Positions 42,653 through 51,387 of a DNA stretch of 64,000 nt are shown piece by piece. A model generated the notes under the pieces. That model did no database searches. It worked only from the letters and a program-made list of their open reading frames with translations, and was not told where the DNA came from. Source of the DNA: Granulicella sp. (GTDB taxonomy: Bacteria > Acidobacteriota > Terriglobia > Terriglobales > Acidobacteriaceae); assembly GCA_027339965.1 (NCBI GenBank), contig DAHWNL010000014.1:1-64000 (forward strand), given 5' to 3'. How positions within the stretch are numbered: the stretch's first letter is position 1; each line of letters opens with the position of its first letter. The position numbers and the translations under genes are program-made.

Positions 42653-42889
42653 TCACCTTCCCGAAGCAGACTCTGGCACTGCCCGACGCAACACGTCTTC
42701 ATATACCTTGCGCGTCTGGACTGCGATCGACTGCCAGGTTCTATCTCCGTACTGCATCTCCCGGACGCGCCCGGAGAATGTCTCGCGCAGCGCCGCATCA
42801 TTTGCCAGCCGCAGCAGAGCCTCGGCCAGCCGCTGGATCGACACCTCCTTCTTTAGCCGCTCTTTCACATCCTCCGGTGTGTATGGCAT
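42653..42889 (-). pseudogene. Chimeric remnant: primase-like N-terminus fused to a GT4 C-terminus
   Basis: MPYTPEDVKERLKKEVSIQRLAEA resembles the start of CHC2-zinc-finger/Toprim proteins; LAEALLRLANDAALRE...TWQSIAVQTRKVYEDVL resembles a GT4 terminal helix. Confidence 0.65.
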
Positions 42890-42986
42890 GGATGCTCCTT
42901 TTCATAGCCCGCATCTGGGTTTACCGCTAAAACCTGTCAAGGCCCATTTGTGGTATAGCCCAGGTACTATATGGGCCACCTAGATG

Positions 42987-43015
42987 TTGACCTGCTTTCA
43001 GGCACTCCCTATGCT
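42987..43015 (+). promoter_or_regulatory. Sigma70 promoter for a leaderless XRE repressor mRNA
   Basis: TTGACC-17 nt-TATGCT-6 nt-ATG (43022). Confidence 0.7.
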
Positions 43016-43021
43016 GACTTC

Positions 43022-43393
43022 ATGAAGAAGTTGGAGAAGAGCGCTGCGTCCGAAGTCGGTTTTGCCGAACGTCTGACGACACTGCGTAAAGAACGCAGCA
43101 TGACCCAGAAGGGCCTGGCCGATGCTGTCGGCCTGGGCATCTCACAGGTAAAACGCTATGAGGCTGGAACATCTCAGCCCACCCTGGACGTGATTCGGAA
43201 CCTAGCCCAGGCACTCCGCGTCAGTTCAGATGAGCTACTTTTTGGCGCTGGCGAACGCGGCCCGGACGAAGAGCTGAGGCTTCAGTTTGAAGCCGTTTCC
43301 AAGTTCACTACCGAAGAGAAGCGCGTCGTCAAGTCCGTTCTGGAGGGCATGATTCTCCAGCATGAAGCCCGCCGCTGGGCCACCGAACGATAG
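43022..43393 (+). CDS. XRE-family HTH transcriptional regulator
   Basis: FAERLTTLRKERSMTQKGLADAVG...VKRYEAGTSQPTLDVIRNLA.ALRVSSDELLF. Confidence 0.92.
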   Translation: MKKLEKSAASEVGFAERLTTLRKERSMTQKGLADAVGLGISQVKRYEAGTSQPTLDVIRNLAQALRVSSDELLFGAGERGPDEELRLQFEAVSKFTTEEKRVVKSVLEGMILQHEARRWATER

Positions 43394-43415
43394 GCTGTAC
43401 ACGAAGGGATTTCCT

Positions 43416-43820
43416 ATGGCTCAAGCCGCAACCAACCCGAAGCAACAGGCCCACGAACTCATCGACCGCATGTCCGTTGGACAGGCCGCCGCCGTCGGCC
43501 TCTTCAAGGCCATGCTCGATCCGGTCGAAATTGCCCTGGCCAACGCACCTTACGACGATGGGCCGCTCTCGACGGAAGAGATCAAGGCCCTCGATGCCTC
43601 TACCGAGTGGATAAAGCACAACCAGGGCATTGCCCACGAACAGGTCCTCGCCGAACTCGGCATCACCCAGGAAGAGATCGACAACTACAAGGGACCGATG
43701 GGAAGCGGATCGTCTGGACAGACCCGGCCAAGACCGACGTGCGCCGCATCGACCGCGACACCGCCTTGCATATTCTCTCCGCCCTCGACCGCTTCGCCCG
43801 TACCGGCGAGGGCGACGTGA
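43416..43820 (+). CDS. Putative antitoxin (native stop at 43701-43703 apparently lost, reads through)
   Basis: Small acidic protein (LANAPYDDGPLSTEE...IAHEQVLAELG) directly upstream of a RelE-like frame. Confidence 0.7.
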   Translation: MAQAATNPKQQAHELIDRMSVGQAAAVGLFKAMLDPVEIALANAPYDDGPLSTEEIKALDASTEWIKHNQGIAHEQVLAELGITQEEIDNYKGPMGSGSSGQTRPRPTCAASTATPPCIFSPPSTASPVPARAT

Positions 43821-43942
43821 AGGCCCTCCAGGGCCGCGACGAACTCCGCCTCCGCATTGCCGACTACCGCCTCTTCTTCGTCAACATCGACGACGCACTC
43901 GAAGTCCGCAGAGTCCTCCGCCGCAGAGAAGCCTACCGCTGA
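43700..43942 (+). pseudogene. RelE/ParE-family toxin lacking a start codon
   Basis: KRIVWTDPAKTDVRRI...GDVKALQG..ELRLRIADYRLFF...LEVRRV..RREAYR; the expected start position reads GGG. Confidence 0.8.
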
Positions 43943-44036
43943 CCTCGAACACCCACCGAACCAACCTCGATCACAGGCCGGACAGCGTCCGGCCTTGTTC
44001 GTCTTCCGTTCGATCTGGAGCACGCTACGGGCTGCG

Positions 44037-44054
44037 CTAAGCCGTCAGGCTTAG
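44037..44054. terminator. Hairpin between convergent relE and DUF6429-like genes
   Basis: CTAAGCC-GTCA-GGCTTAG. Confidence 0.4.
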
Positions 44055-44114
44055 GGATGGTGTCTATGCTGCCACACCGCGCCGCTGGCTCTGGGACGCT
44101 GCCTGCGCCGGGAT

Positions 44115-44345
44115 TCAGCCCTTACTTCCGAAGTGCCGCTCGAACAGTTCGCGCGACAGCCGCTCGCCCTCTTCTGTCAGCACCACAGACTTCGCCTTGC
44201 TCTTCGGATCGGAGATGTACCCCTTCTCATGCAGCCGCTCCAGCGAATCCCAGTCGTGACCCTTCCACGCGCGGCCATCGCCCGCTGGCGTCAGCCACAA
44301 GAGCGCCAGAACCATCTCGTCTACTTTGTCACGGTCGTACCCCAT
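44115..44345 (-). CDS. DUF6429-like small protein
   Basis: DKVDEMVLALLWL...RAWKGHDWDSLERLHEKGYISDPKSKAKSVVLTEEG. Confidence 0.75.
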   Translation of the reverse strand: MGYDRDKVDEMVLALLWLTPAGDGRAWKGHDWDSLERLHEKGYISDPKSKAKSVVLTEEGERLSRELFERHFGSKG

Positions 44346-44564
44346 GCCCCCGGCTCCTGCTCGGATGCTACACCGGACCGTCGCTGCCGATGGCCGCGCG
44401 GATCGCGGCCCTGGTCCCGGTCATGGGAACATGAGGAAAATACACTTTTCTCATCGCTGCAAAACAGCCGCAGCGAGGACGGCGGTCAAGGGCGCGCCGT
44501 TCTCTGGCGCGTTCATCGCAGCGAAGCGCGGACCCTTGACGGCCACCGCGCCGCCCATCTCGTC

Positions 44565-44594
44565 TTTTTGAGTCGCGGGTTTTTGAGTCGCGGG
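44565..44594. repeat. Perfect 15-bp tandem duplication TTTTTGAGTCGCGGG x2
   Basis: Read directly from the sequence. Confidence 0.95.
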
Positions 44595-44706
44595 GCCGGA
44601 GGCGATTTGGCCAGCCGCGCCGGCCGGCGCAGAAGGATGCCGCGCCCAGAAGCTCAATCTCCCTCAACCTCTTGCGCAGATCCGATCCGTCACTCCAGCC
44701 GACGGC

Positions 44707-47175
44707 TCATGAAGCCCGACGCTCCCGAGCCGCTTCCTCAAACTGCTCCCAATCCGCACTGTCTGCGAACGGCGCGCCAGCCTCAATTCTGACGATGGCG
44801 CCTTCGGTTACCGCAAAGATCTCGAGCCAATGGCCTTCGAGAAGTTCACGCACGGTCTCGCTGCGATGAATGGCCCGCTGGATATGCTCTTTTGGCGCAT
44901 AGACCAGCACGCTGAGCCGCAGCGGAGCATGCCGCCAACGCTCTCCATCATGGATCGACTGCAACGCCAGGCCGGTGCGCAGATCCCCGGAGTTGCCCTC
45001 GAAGAGGCCCAGCGCGCCGCCGGCGACGTTGTGCAAAGTCTTGTTCCCTGCTCCGAACCGCAATGGATCCACCGTCGAAGCGAAGTACTGCATATTAATC
45101 CAGTGCGCGACCACCACGGGTCCGGCCAGGATCTGTTCCAGAACTGCGCCATCCCGGTCCTCATCAGCATCGTACTCATGCAGAAAGCAGCGGCCTTCCA
45201 GGTTCAGTTCGCGCGTACACCGGCGCGGACCGGCGAGAATCGCCGCGTTGTTCGCCAAGCCCCACTCGGGCCTGGTCTCCGCCCAGTTCATGGCGCGTTG
45301 CAAGGCCTGAGACGCCGCTCCGGCCGGCTCTGAGTGGCTGTCATCTCGGCCTTCCTGCGCCTTCCTCTCCAGCAGTACAAGCTCGGAGGCCGTAGCCAGT
45401 GTGTTCTGCAAAGACCGCTGCCGGCCGGGGTTGAGCCGGGCGAAGTCCTCCGCGTCGAGTTTCACCGTCTCCGTGGTCGTATTGTGCAGCGCGGCAGCCC
45501 AACGCATATCTTCCCGCAAGGGAACTCCTCTTCGCCTCAGTTCTGCGATCACCTCCGGATCGTTGAGCAGGTCGCGCATGACGCGGGCATTGTTCAAGCC
45601 ACTCTGGCCGCAACATGCGCCGCAATTGAGCGCTGCGGCGGTGGGATTATTTCTGGTCTGGCTCGCATGGCCGACAAGGATGACCAGTCGAGCCGCCCCT
45701 CGATCCAGTCCGGTCACGCGCAGAAAGCGCTCTGCCAAACTCGCCTTCTCTTCTAGCGTGGCCTGAAGCTGAATTCGAACCACGGCATCGTCCTTGGCGC
45801 CCGGCAAGTCCATCTTCTTTTTGCGGCCTGGGGCAAAAGTGCTCTTCCATAGGTTCGCCGCGCGGCCCATCCCCAGAATCTCCACCATGCTGAAGCCGGA
45901 GACGGGCATCCGGGAGTACTCACCCGAAAGACGCTTGTTACGGACCCGTTTCATCGCCCTCTTTTTATCCTGCACCGGATCGCCCGTGGTTTGAATCGCA
46001 GTCATACCCGCTCGGAACAGCCCCGGCAAGTGTGGCAAGGCCGTCTCAGAGCCCAGCGAGCGATACTCCATCGGAACTCCGAAGAATCCCGCAAAACCAA
46101 GAGTCTGAAAAGAGGAGTCCAGGGATTCAATGGCTCTGCGCATCGGCTCGGAGCGGACATCGATGCAGAAGACCGCCTGTACGGCGGCCTCAGAGGTCTG
46201 CCGGACGGGCGGTTGTGAGAGCGTTTCAAACAGCCGTTGTTGATACGACAACTCTTCGGCGCGCAGCCAGACGGCAGCCATCCTGACCGCCTCCGGCTGC
46301 TTCGCGTTGATGGCTTCTTGCCATTGGATCTGCCACTCTGCCCAGACGGATCCCTCCGAACGGACCGCATCGTCCAGCAACAGCTCCCAGGCCACGCGAA
46401 TGGCAAGCATGTTCAAGGTGTGCGCTGGATCGACTCCTCCTGCGAGCTTTGCCTGCCAGGCAAGATACGATCCATGGGAGGCCCATCCCGGCACGCGCAG
46501 GATCGCGACCGTGAAGAAGATCGGGACCTGGTCGGGCGAGAGCTGCAGGCGATGCACGGCCTCTTCCAGCACGCCCAGCGGTTCGCGGGGCAGTCTGCGG
46601 CAGCGCTCCCGCAATCCGTGCTCGCGCATCAGAAATTCACTGCCCCGATCCTCTTCCAACATCTCCAGCCAATAGCCATAGAGCCCTACATTTTCCGCGA
46701 TGGGCCACTCCGCCTGGAAGCGATCGAAGTAGCTTGCGCAGCACTGGCTGATCTGAGTAAGAATGTGTTCTCGCCAGCTATAGGCATGCGTCAGCTCGCG
46801 TCGCGCGTCCAGCCTGTCGGAGAGCAAAGGAACCGTTCGCAGCGTGGGCGGCGCCGTATCTAGAAAGCGGATCAGCTCTTCCAATGTGCAGCACAGCTCT
46901 GACTCCGCAAGAGCCGCGGCAAGGCCGGCCTTGGAAATCTCGCCAGCGGCAAACCGCTCCCGGTAATACTCCTGGGGCATCGTCATGCGTGAACCGGCAA
47001 GATGCGCGAGTTCTTGCATGGTCTGCGCGAAGGATCTGCTTCGGAATCCCCAATAGGGATTCACGGCAATGGCCCTGTCCAGCGGCCAGAAGGGCGCAAC
47101 CAGGTCACAGGAGGCCTGAGCCACGGAGGCGATGTCGAAGCGTTTGCTGATGTCGTTGCAACCTGTGGTGATCAC
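44707..47175 (-). CDS. dabA: DabA (DUF2309/MpsB) inorganic carbon transporter, carbonic-anhydrase-like subunit
   Basis: PFWPL..IAVNPY, FCIDVRSE, GFAGFFG, LVGH, LNCGAC, RPEWGLANNA and WINMQYFASTVD; GTG start overlaps the dabB stop (GTGA) with a GGGGAG ribosome-binding site. Confidence 0.93.
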   Translation of the reverse strand: MITTGCNDISKRFDIASVAQASCDLVAPFWPLDRAIAVNPYWGFRSRSFAQTMQELAHLAGSRMTMPQEYYRERFAAGEISKAGLAAALAESELCCTLEELIRFLDTAPPTLRTVPLLSDRLDARRELTHAYSWREHILTQISQCCASYFDRFQAEWPIAENVGLYGYWLEMLEEDRGSEFLMREHGLRERCRRLPREPLGVLEEAVHRLQLSPDQVPIFFTVAILRVPGWASHGSYLAWQAKLAGGVDPAHTLNMLAIRVAWELLLDDAVRSEGSVWAEWQIQWQEAINAKQPEAVRMAAVWLRAEELSYQQRLFETLSQPPVRQTSEAAVQAVFCIDVRSEPMRRAIESLDSSFQTLGFAGFFGVPMEYRSLGSETALPHLPGLFRAGMTAIQTTGDPVQDKKRAMKRVRNKRLSGEYSRMPVSGFSMVEILGMGRAANLWKSTFAPGRKKKMDLPGAKDDAVVRIQLQATLEEKASLAERFLRVTGLDRGAARLVILVGHASQTRNNPTAAALNCGACCGQSGLNNARVMRDLLNDPEVIAELRRRGVPLREDMRWAAALHNTTTETVKLDAEDFARLNPGRQRSLQNTLATASELVLLERKAQEGRDDSHSEPAGAASQALQRAMNWAETRPEWGLANNAAILAGPRRCTRELNLEGRCFLHEYDADEDRDGAVLEQILAGPVVVAHWINMQYFASTVDPLRFGAGNKTLHNVAGGALGLFEGNSGDLRTGLALQSIHDGERWRHAPLRLSVLVYAPKEHIQRAIHRSETVRELLEGHWLEIFAVTEGAIVRIEAGAPFADSADWEQFEEAARERRAS

Positions 47176-48737
47176 GCGTACTCCCCATGAGTCGAAGTTT
47201 TGGAAGGCGAGTCTGAAGAGCTTTCGCCGATCTTGATCGGCCAAAGCGCGAGCACATAACGAGTGAAGATCTCATCCAGGTAGAAACCATGGAACACCCA
47301 TATGCGCAGGCGAGAGATTCGCCGAGCATCGCAGGCCCGCACAGCGATCTGGACCGAATAGAGCAGCGCCATGCCTGTGGCGAAGAGAGCCGAGACCATC
47401 CAGGGCCGGTTCGTCTCTGCCCCAACCATCGCGCCGGCGCACAGATGCAGCCCATAGTAAAGAGCCAGCAGAGATAGGAGGCGCGCCAGGGCTGATCCCA
47501 AAGATCCATCCTCCTCCAGGCCCGTCGCCAGTAGCGGAGCAACTCCCAAAGCCAGCACCACCAGCGCAACGGGTTCTATAGCGTAGGCTGTTCCGGCCAG
47601 CAGAGCATGAGCGCCCCAGAAGGTTGGCGCAAGAATCAATACCGGCAGGACACGCGGCCAGACGCGGGCGTGGCGGAGAACGCGAAGCTCCCCCAGTGAA
47701 ACGTCCTCGCCGTAAGCCTGCACAACGTTCCCTGAGCTGAGGAAGAGATACGACTTATAGAGGGAGTGACCGATCAGATGAAGCAATGCCAGGCCGTACA
47801 ATCCGGCCCCGCACTCCGCCAGTAGAAATCCCATCTGTGCGCAGGTGGACCAGGCCAGGCGGACCTTGATGCTTACGCGGGTCAGCATGACGACTCCGGC
47901 GATCACGAACGTAGTGACTCCCGACGCTGTCAGCAACAGCTGGGCGCAAGGCTCGGCATCCAGAAAGGGATGCAGGCGAAGCAGAAGAACTCCGCCTAGA
48001 TTGACGATGCCCGCATGCAGCAGCGCGGATACCGGCGTGGGAGCCTCCATCACCTGGATAAGCCAGCCGTGCAAAGGCAGTTGAGCAGACTTCAGAATCA
48101 CGGCTAGAGATAGACACAGCGAAAACACTAGCACCGGCAAACGATGCCGAGGTTCCGTCAAGACCTCCTGGTTCAGGGCGGCGATGTTCAGCGTGCCAAA
48201 GCTGCGGTAAAGAAGAGCTGTGCCTGCCAGAAGAATCGCCTCGGCGGTGCGGCTGACCAGAAACTTCTTGTGCGCCGCCATCCTGGCGGCTCGCCGGTCA
48301 GGATAGTACAACAGCAGCGCGTTCAGCGCCACGCTGCTGAGAATCCAGGCGAGCAGAAGAAGATCAAGACGCGGGGCGATCATCACGGCGGAGGAGAAGC
48401 CGAAAGTCGCCATAAGGGCGCTCAGGAATCGCTGCTGCCGATGCTCTCCGCGGAGGTAACTCTGCGAGTAGCGGGTGATCACAACCGCCAGGAAACTGAT
48501 GAGGACAAGCATGCAATGCCCCGGCAGATCCGTCGCCAGCTGCGGAACGCCATCCTCCAGTGAGACAAGGCTCGCCATGGAAAAGATCAATGCGGCCCAG
48601 GTGGCAAGAACAGCCCTCTTCCATGGCGCGCGCGCATGAGACCGTCCGGGAACGGCGGCCAGCAAATAGCAGCATCCGGGCAGCCACAGGGAAACATCGT
48701 TGAAGGAAAAACTCACCATACCCACATGCTTCCGCAT
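47172..48737 (-). CDS. dabB: DabB (NuoL/MrpA-like) membrane subunit
   Basis: YSQSYLRGE, AAHKKF, KSAQLPLHGWL, MEAPTPVSALLHAG, STCAQMGF and HSLYKSYLFL; coupled to dabA. Start may be 48719. Confidence 0.92.
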   Translation of the reverse strand: MRKHVGMVSFSFNDVSLWLPGCCYLLAAVPGRSHARAPWKRAVLATWAALIFSMASLVSLEDGVPQLATDLPGHCMLVLISFLAVVITRYSQSYLRGEHRQQRFLSALMATFGFSSAVMIAPRLDLLLLAWILSSVALNALLLYYPDRRAARMAAHKKFLVSRTAEAILLAGTALLYRSFGTLNIAALNQEVLTEPRHRLPVLVFSLCLSLAVILKSAQLPLHGWLIQVMEAPTPVSALLHAGIVNLGGVLLLRLHPFLDAEPCAQLLLTASGVTTFVIAGVVMLTRVSIKVRLAWSTCAQMGFLLAECGAGLYGLALLHLIGHSLYKSYLFLSSGNVVQAYGEDVSLGELRVLRHARVWPRVLPVLILAPTFWGAHALLAGTAYAIEPVALVVLALGVAPLLATGLEEDGSLGSALARLLSLLALYYGLHLCAGAMVGAETNRPWMVSALFATGMALLYSVQIAVRACDARRISRLRIWVFHGFYLDEIFTRYVLALWPIKIGESSSDSPSKTSTHGEYA

Positions 48738-48775
48738 GCATGTGGATTTGTAAAATATATAATAGTGTAGAAATC

Positions 48776-48792
48776 GTTCTATATTCTAAAAC
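48776..48792. promoter_or_regulatory. Putative LysR box (T-N11-A) overlapping the lysR -10 element
   Basis: Imperfect palindrome GTTCTATATTCTAAAAC in the AT-rich divergent region. Confidence 0.5.
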
Positions 48793-48793
48793 T

Positions 48794-49693
48794 ATGCGTC
48801 ACTTGAATCTTCACCATCTGCGCTACTTCTGGCTGGTCGCCCGCTCTGGCAACCTCACCCAGGCGGCCAGGCAGCTCAACCTCTCTCAATCCTCCCTGTC
48901 GATCCAGATACGGCAGCTTGAGGACTCACTGGGAACGGATCTGTTTGATCGCGGCAACCGCCGGCTTGATCTCACGCCGTTCGGGGCGATGGTCCTGCAC
49001 TATGCGCAAGAGATCTTCGAACTCAGTGAAGAGCTTGTCCGCGCTGTCGATGGGGAGGCCAGCCGCTCCAGGATGCGCTTCCGCATCGGTTCGGTCAGCA
49101 CGCTCTCGCGCAACTTTCAGGAGCATTTTCTGCAACCGCTCATGGCCGAGCCGGACTTGCATCTGGTCGTTGAATCCGGCGGCATGGAGGAGCTTCTGAA
49201 CAGGCTGCAATCCTTCCAGCTCGATCTTGTGCTTAGCAATCGGCCCATCGGCTCTCAGGGCGAATCGGACTGGCGCTGTCAGCAGTTGGCGCGGCAGCGG
49301 GTCAGCCTGGTGGGTAGGCCTGACCCGAGTCTTTCTCTCCTGCGATTTCCCAAAGACCTTGCGCATCTCCGCTTGTTGCTGCCAGGGCGGAACAGTGACA
49401 TTCGCACCCAGCTTGATGCGCTCTTTGATCGCTGGGAGATTGAGCCCAACATCGTTGCCGAGGTGGATGACATGTCCATGCTGCGGCTGCTGGCGAGGGA
49501 CGGATTGGGTGTCGCCGCCGTCCCTCGCGTTGTGGTCAAGGATGAGCTGAAGGAACGGAAACTGATGGTGCTACACGATTTTCGCGAGATCTTTGAAAAC
49601 TTCTATGCCATCAGCGTAAAAAGGCTGCGCAAGAACTCCACCTGGACCAGGCTTTTGCGAAGAGCCGCGCAGAAGCAGCCATTGCCGGTTTGA
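48794..49693 (+). CDS. LysR-family regulator (NhaR-like) divergent from dabBA
   Basis: LNLHHLRYFWLVARSGNLTQAARQLNLSQSSLSIQIRQLE and AEVDDMSMLRLLA; TATTCT 6 nt before the ATG. Confidence 0.93.
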   Translation: MRHLNLHHLRYFWLVARSGNLTQAARQLNLSQSSLSIQIRQLEDSLGTDLFDRGNRRLDLTPFGAMVLHYAQEIFELSEELVRAVDGEASRSRMRFRIGSVSTLSRNFQEHFLQPLMAEPDLHLVVESGGMEELLNRLQSFQLDLVLSNRPIGSQGESDWRCQQLARQRVSLVGRPDPSLSLLRFPKDLAHLRLLLPGRNSDIRTQLDALFDRWEIEPNIVAEVDDMSMLRLLARDGLGVAAVPRVVVKDELKERKLMVLHDFREIFENFYAISVKRLRKNSTWTRLLRRAAQKQPLPV

Positions 49694-49878
49694 ATCGGCG
49701 AGCCACGTCGAGTCCTTTGCTCCGGGGACCCGCGTGTTTCGGGGACCTGCGCCGCCTTATGCTTGCGCTTCGGCCGGGCGCGGCGTTCACCCTCGCCAAT
49801 CGGGCCGGAGCCGTGACGCACGGTCGCAACATCCCCCGGACCATCGCATCCGCGGTTTTCCTCCAGGATTTCTCCTGA

Positions 49879-51153
49879 TTACGCCTCCAGGGTGGAATCG
49901 GGCTGTTGTTCCGGGACTGCGGCTATCCCCTCCATTCGCTTCGCGCGCACTGTGGCCACAAGTCCCAGTCCATTGGTCAGTAGAATCAGTGCGAAGGTAA
50001 GCGACGGAAAGAACCTCAATTCCCGCGGTTCGGCCTGAATGGCCTCCAGGACCAGCACCGCCGTAATCAACCCGCGCGGCATGAGCGTTGTCGCCAACTC
50101 CAGCTCCTGCCGGTTCGGGCCGCGCCAGAAGATGCGGCTCACCTGCACCGCGATCACCCGAGCGGCCAAAAGGACCAGCAAGATGCCGACGCTGGGCAAA
50201 AGTTGCTGCGTCAATCCACGAAACTGAATCATGGCTCCCAGGAGAACAAAGAAAAAGCTTCTTACTAGAAACGCCAGCTCGGAGTGGAAGGAAAGAATTC
50301 TGCTGCCCTCATCCTCGGCATCGAACCCCATCTCCAACTCGCGCAAGAAGCTTTCAGGCCCCAGCAGATTGGCCAGCGTTGCGCCAAACACCATCACCGC
50401 GAACAGATCGCTGCCGTCCACCGCATGGGTGCTGGAGAACACAATCAGCACCACTCCAAAGGTCAATGCTTGCCAGAACCTGTGGTTGGAGATCCTGGGT
50501 AGAGCGCGCGCCCAGACAACGCCCGCTCCCACTCCGATCACAAGTGCCAGCAGAAAGTGAAAGAAGGACTGGATCATCATCCCGCCCAGGATCACATCTC
50601 CGCTGGTCCGGCTGGTAACCCCATCGGTAACCAGACTGATCAGTACACCCAACACCAGCGCCCCAAGCCCATCGCCAAATGCGGACTCGATCACCAGGGT
50701 CGTCTTCAGGTCGGGCCGCAGACTCATCTGCTCCAGCATAGGCAGCACAATCGCCCCACTCATGCAGCCCAGCGCCGCGCCCGCCAGCAAGGAGGCCATG
50801 CGGCTCATATGCAGAAAGTTCATGCAGAAAAGATGAATGCCCTCCATGGTTAGCGCATAGCTCAGCACCGCCAGCAACGTGCCGGCGAGAAACTGCTTGC
50901 GCGCGCGCCGGATATCCAGCTCCAACCCCGCCGCAAACAGAATCAGAATCAGCGCCAGGGTGCCCACGCCGCGTGTGACGTCAGGAAAGCGCACCGCATC
51001 GATCCAGTGCAGCCCCGGCCCCAGGACGATACCGCACAGCAGCAACACCACCACGTCCGGGACCCGCGTGCGATGCGCAAAGCGATTGGCTAGATACGCC
51101 AACACCAGCAGCCCGCCCAGCAACCCCCAGAAATTCGCCAGCCCTATAGACAT
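49879..51153 (-). CDS. CPA1 cation/H+ antiporter (NhaP-like)
   Basis: RVPDVVVLL..GI.LGP, ILFAAGLEL, LVIES..GD, FFFVLLG and MPRGLITAVL. Confidence 0.88.
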   Translation of the reverse strand: MSIGLANFWGLLGGLLVLAYLANRFAHRTRVPDVVVLLLCGIVLGPGLHWIDAVRFPDVTRGVGTLALILILFAAGLELDIRRARKQFLAGTLLAVLSYALTMEGIHLFCMNFLHMSRMASLLAGAALGCMSGAIVLPMLEQMSLRPDLKTTLVIESAFGDGLGALVLGVLISLVTDGVTSRTSGDVILGGMMIQSFFHFLLALVIGVGAGVVWARALPRISNHRFWQALTFGVVLIVFSSTHAVDGSDLFAVMVFGATLANLLGPESFLRELEMGFDAEDEGSRILSFHSELAFLVRSFFFVLLGAMIQFRGLTQQLLPSVGILLVLLAARVIAVQVSRIFWRGPNRQELELATTLMPRGLITAVLVLEAIQAEPRELRFFPSLTFALILLTNGLGLVATVRAKRMEGIAAVPEQQPDSTLEA

Positions 51154-51387
51154 CCGACAGTTTGCACCTTTGACCGCGGAATCAGCAGATACGGACGCTC
51201 CGCATCCCGCTTTCGACAGAGTTTTGGATGTAGCGAATCCATCACCCCAGCAGGTTTCCCCATGGAATTCCATCTTCCTCCATCGGGGTGCCCGGCTGCT
51301 CGCTTTTTTGAGATGCGGAAGTAGCGCTTTCCGCAACTTGCGGTTGCCCAAGAGCAGGGGTAAGGCAGACTATCTCCCCCTGCGCGC

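Noticed and set aside
47172..48737. Respiratory complex I nuoL or Mrp antiporter operon
   Set aside because: No other nuo/mrp genes are present; coupling to a DUF2309 gene identifies it as DabB.
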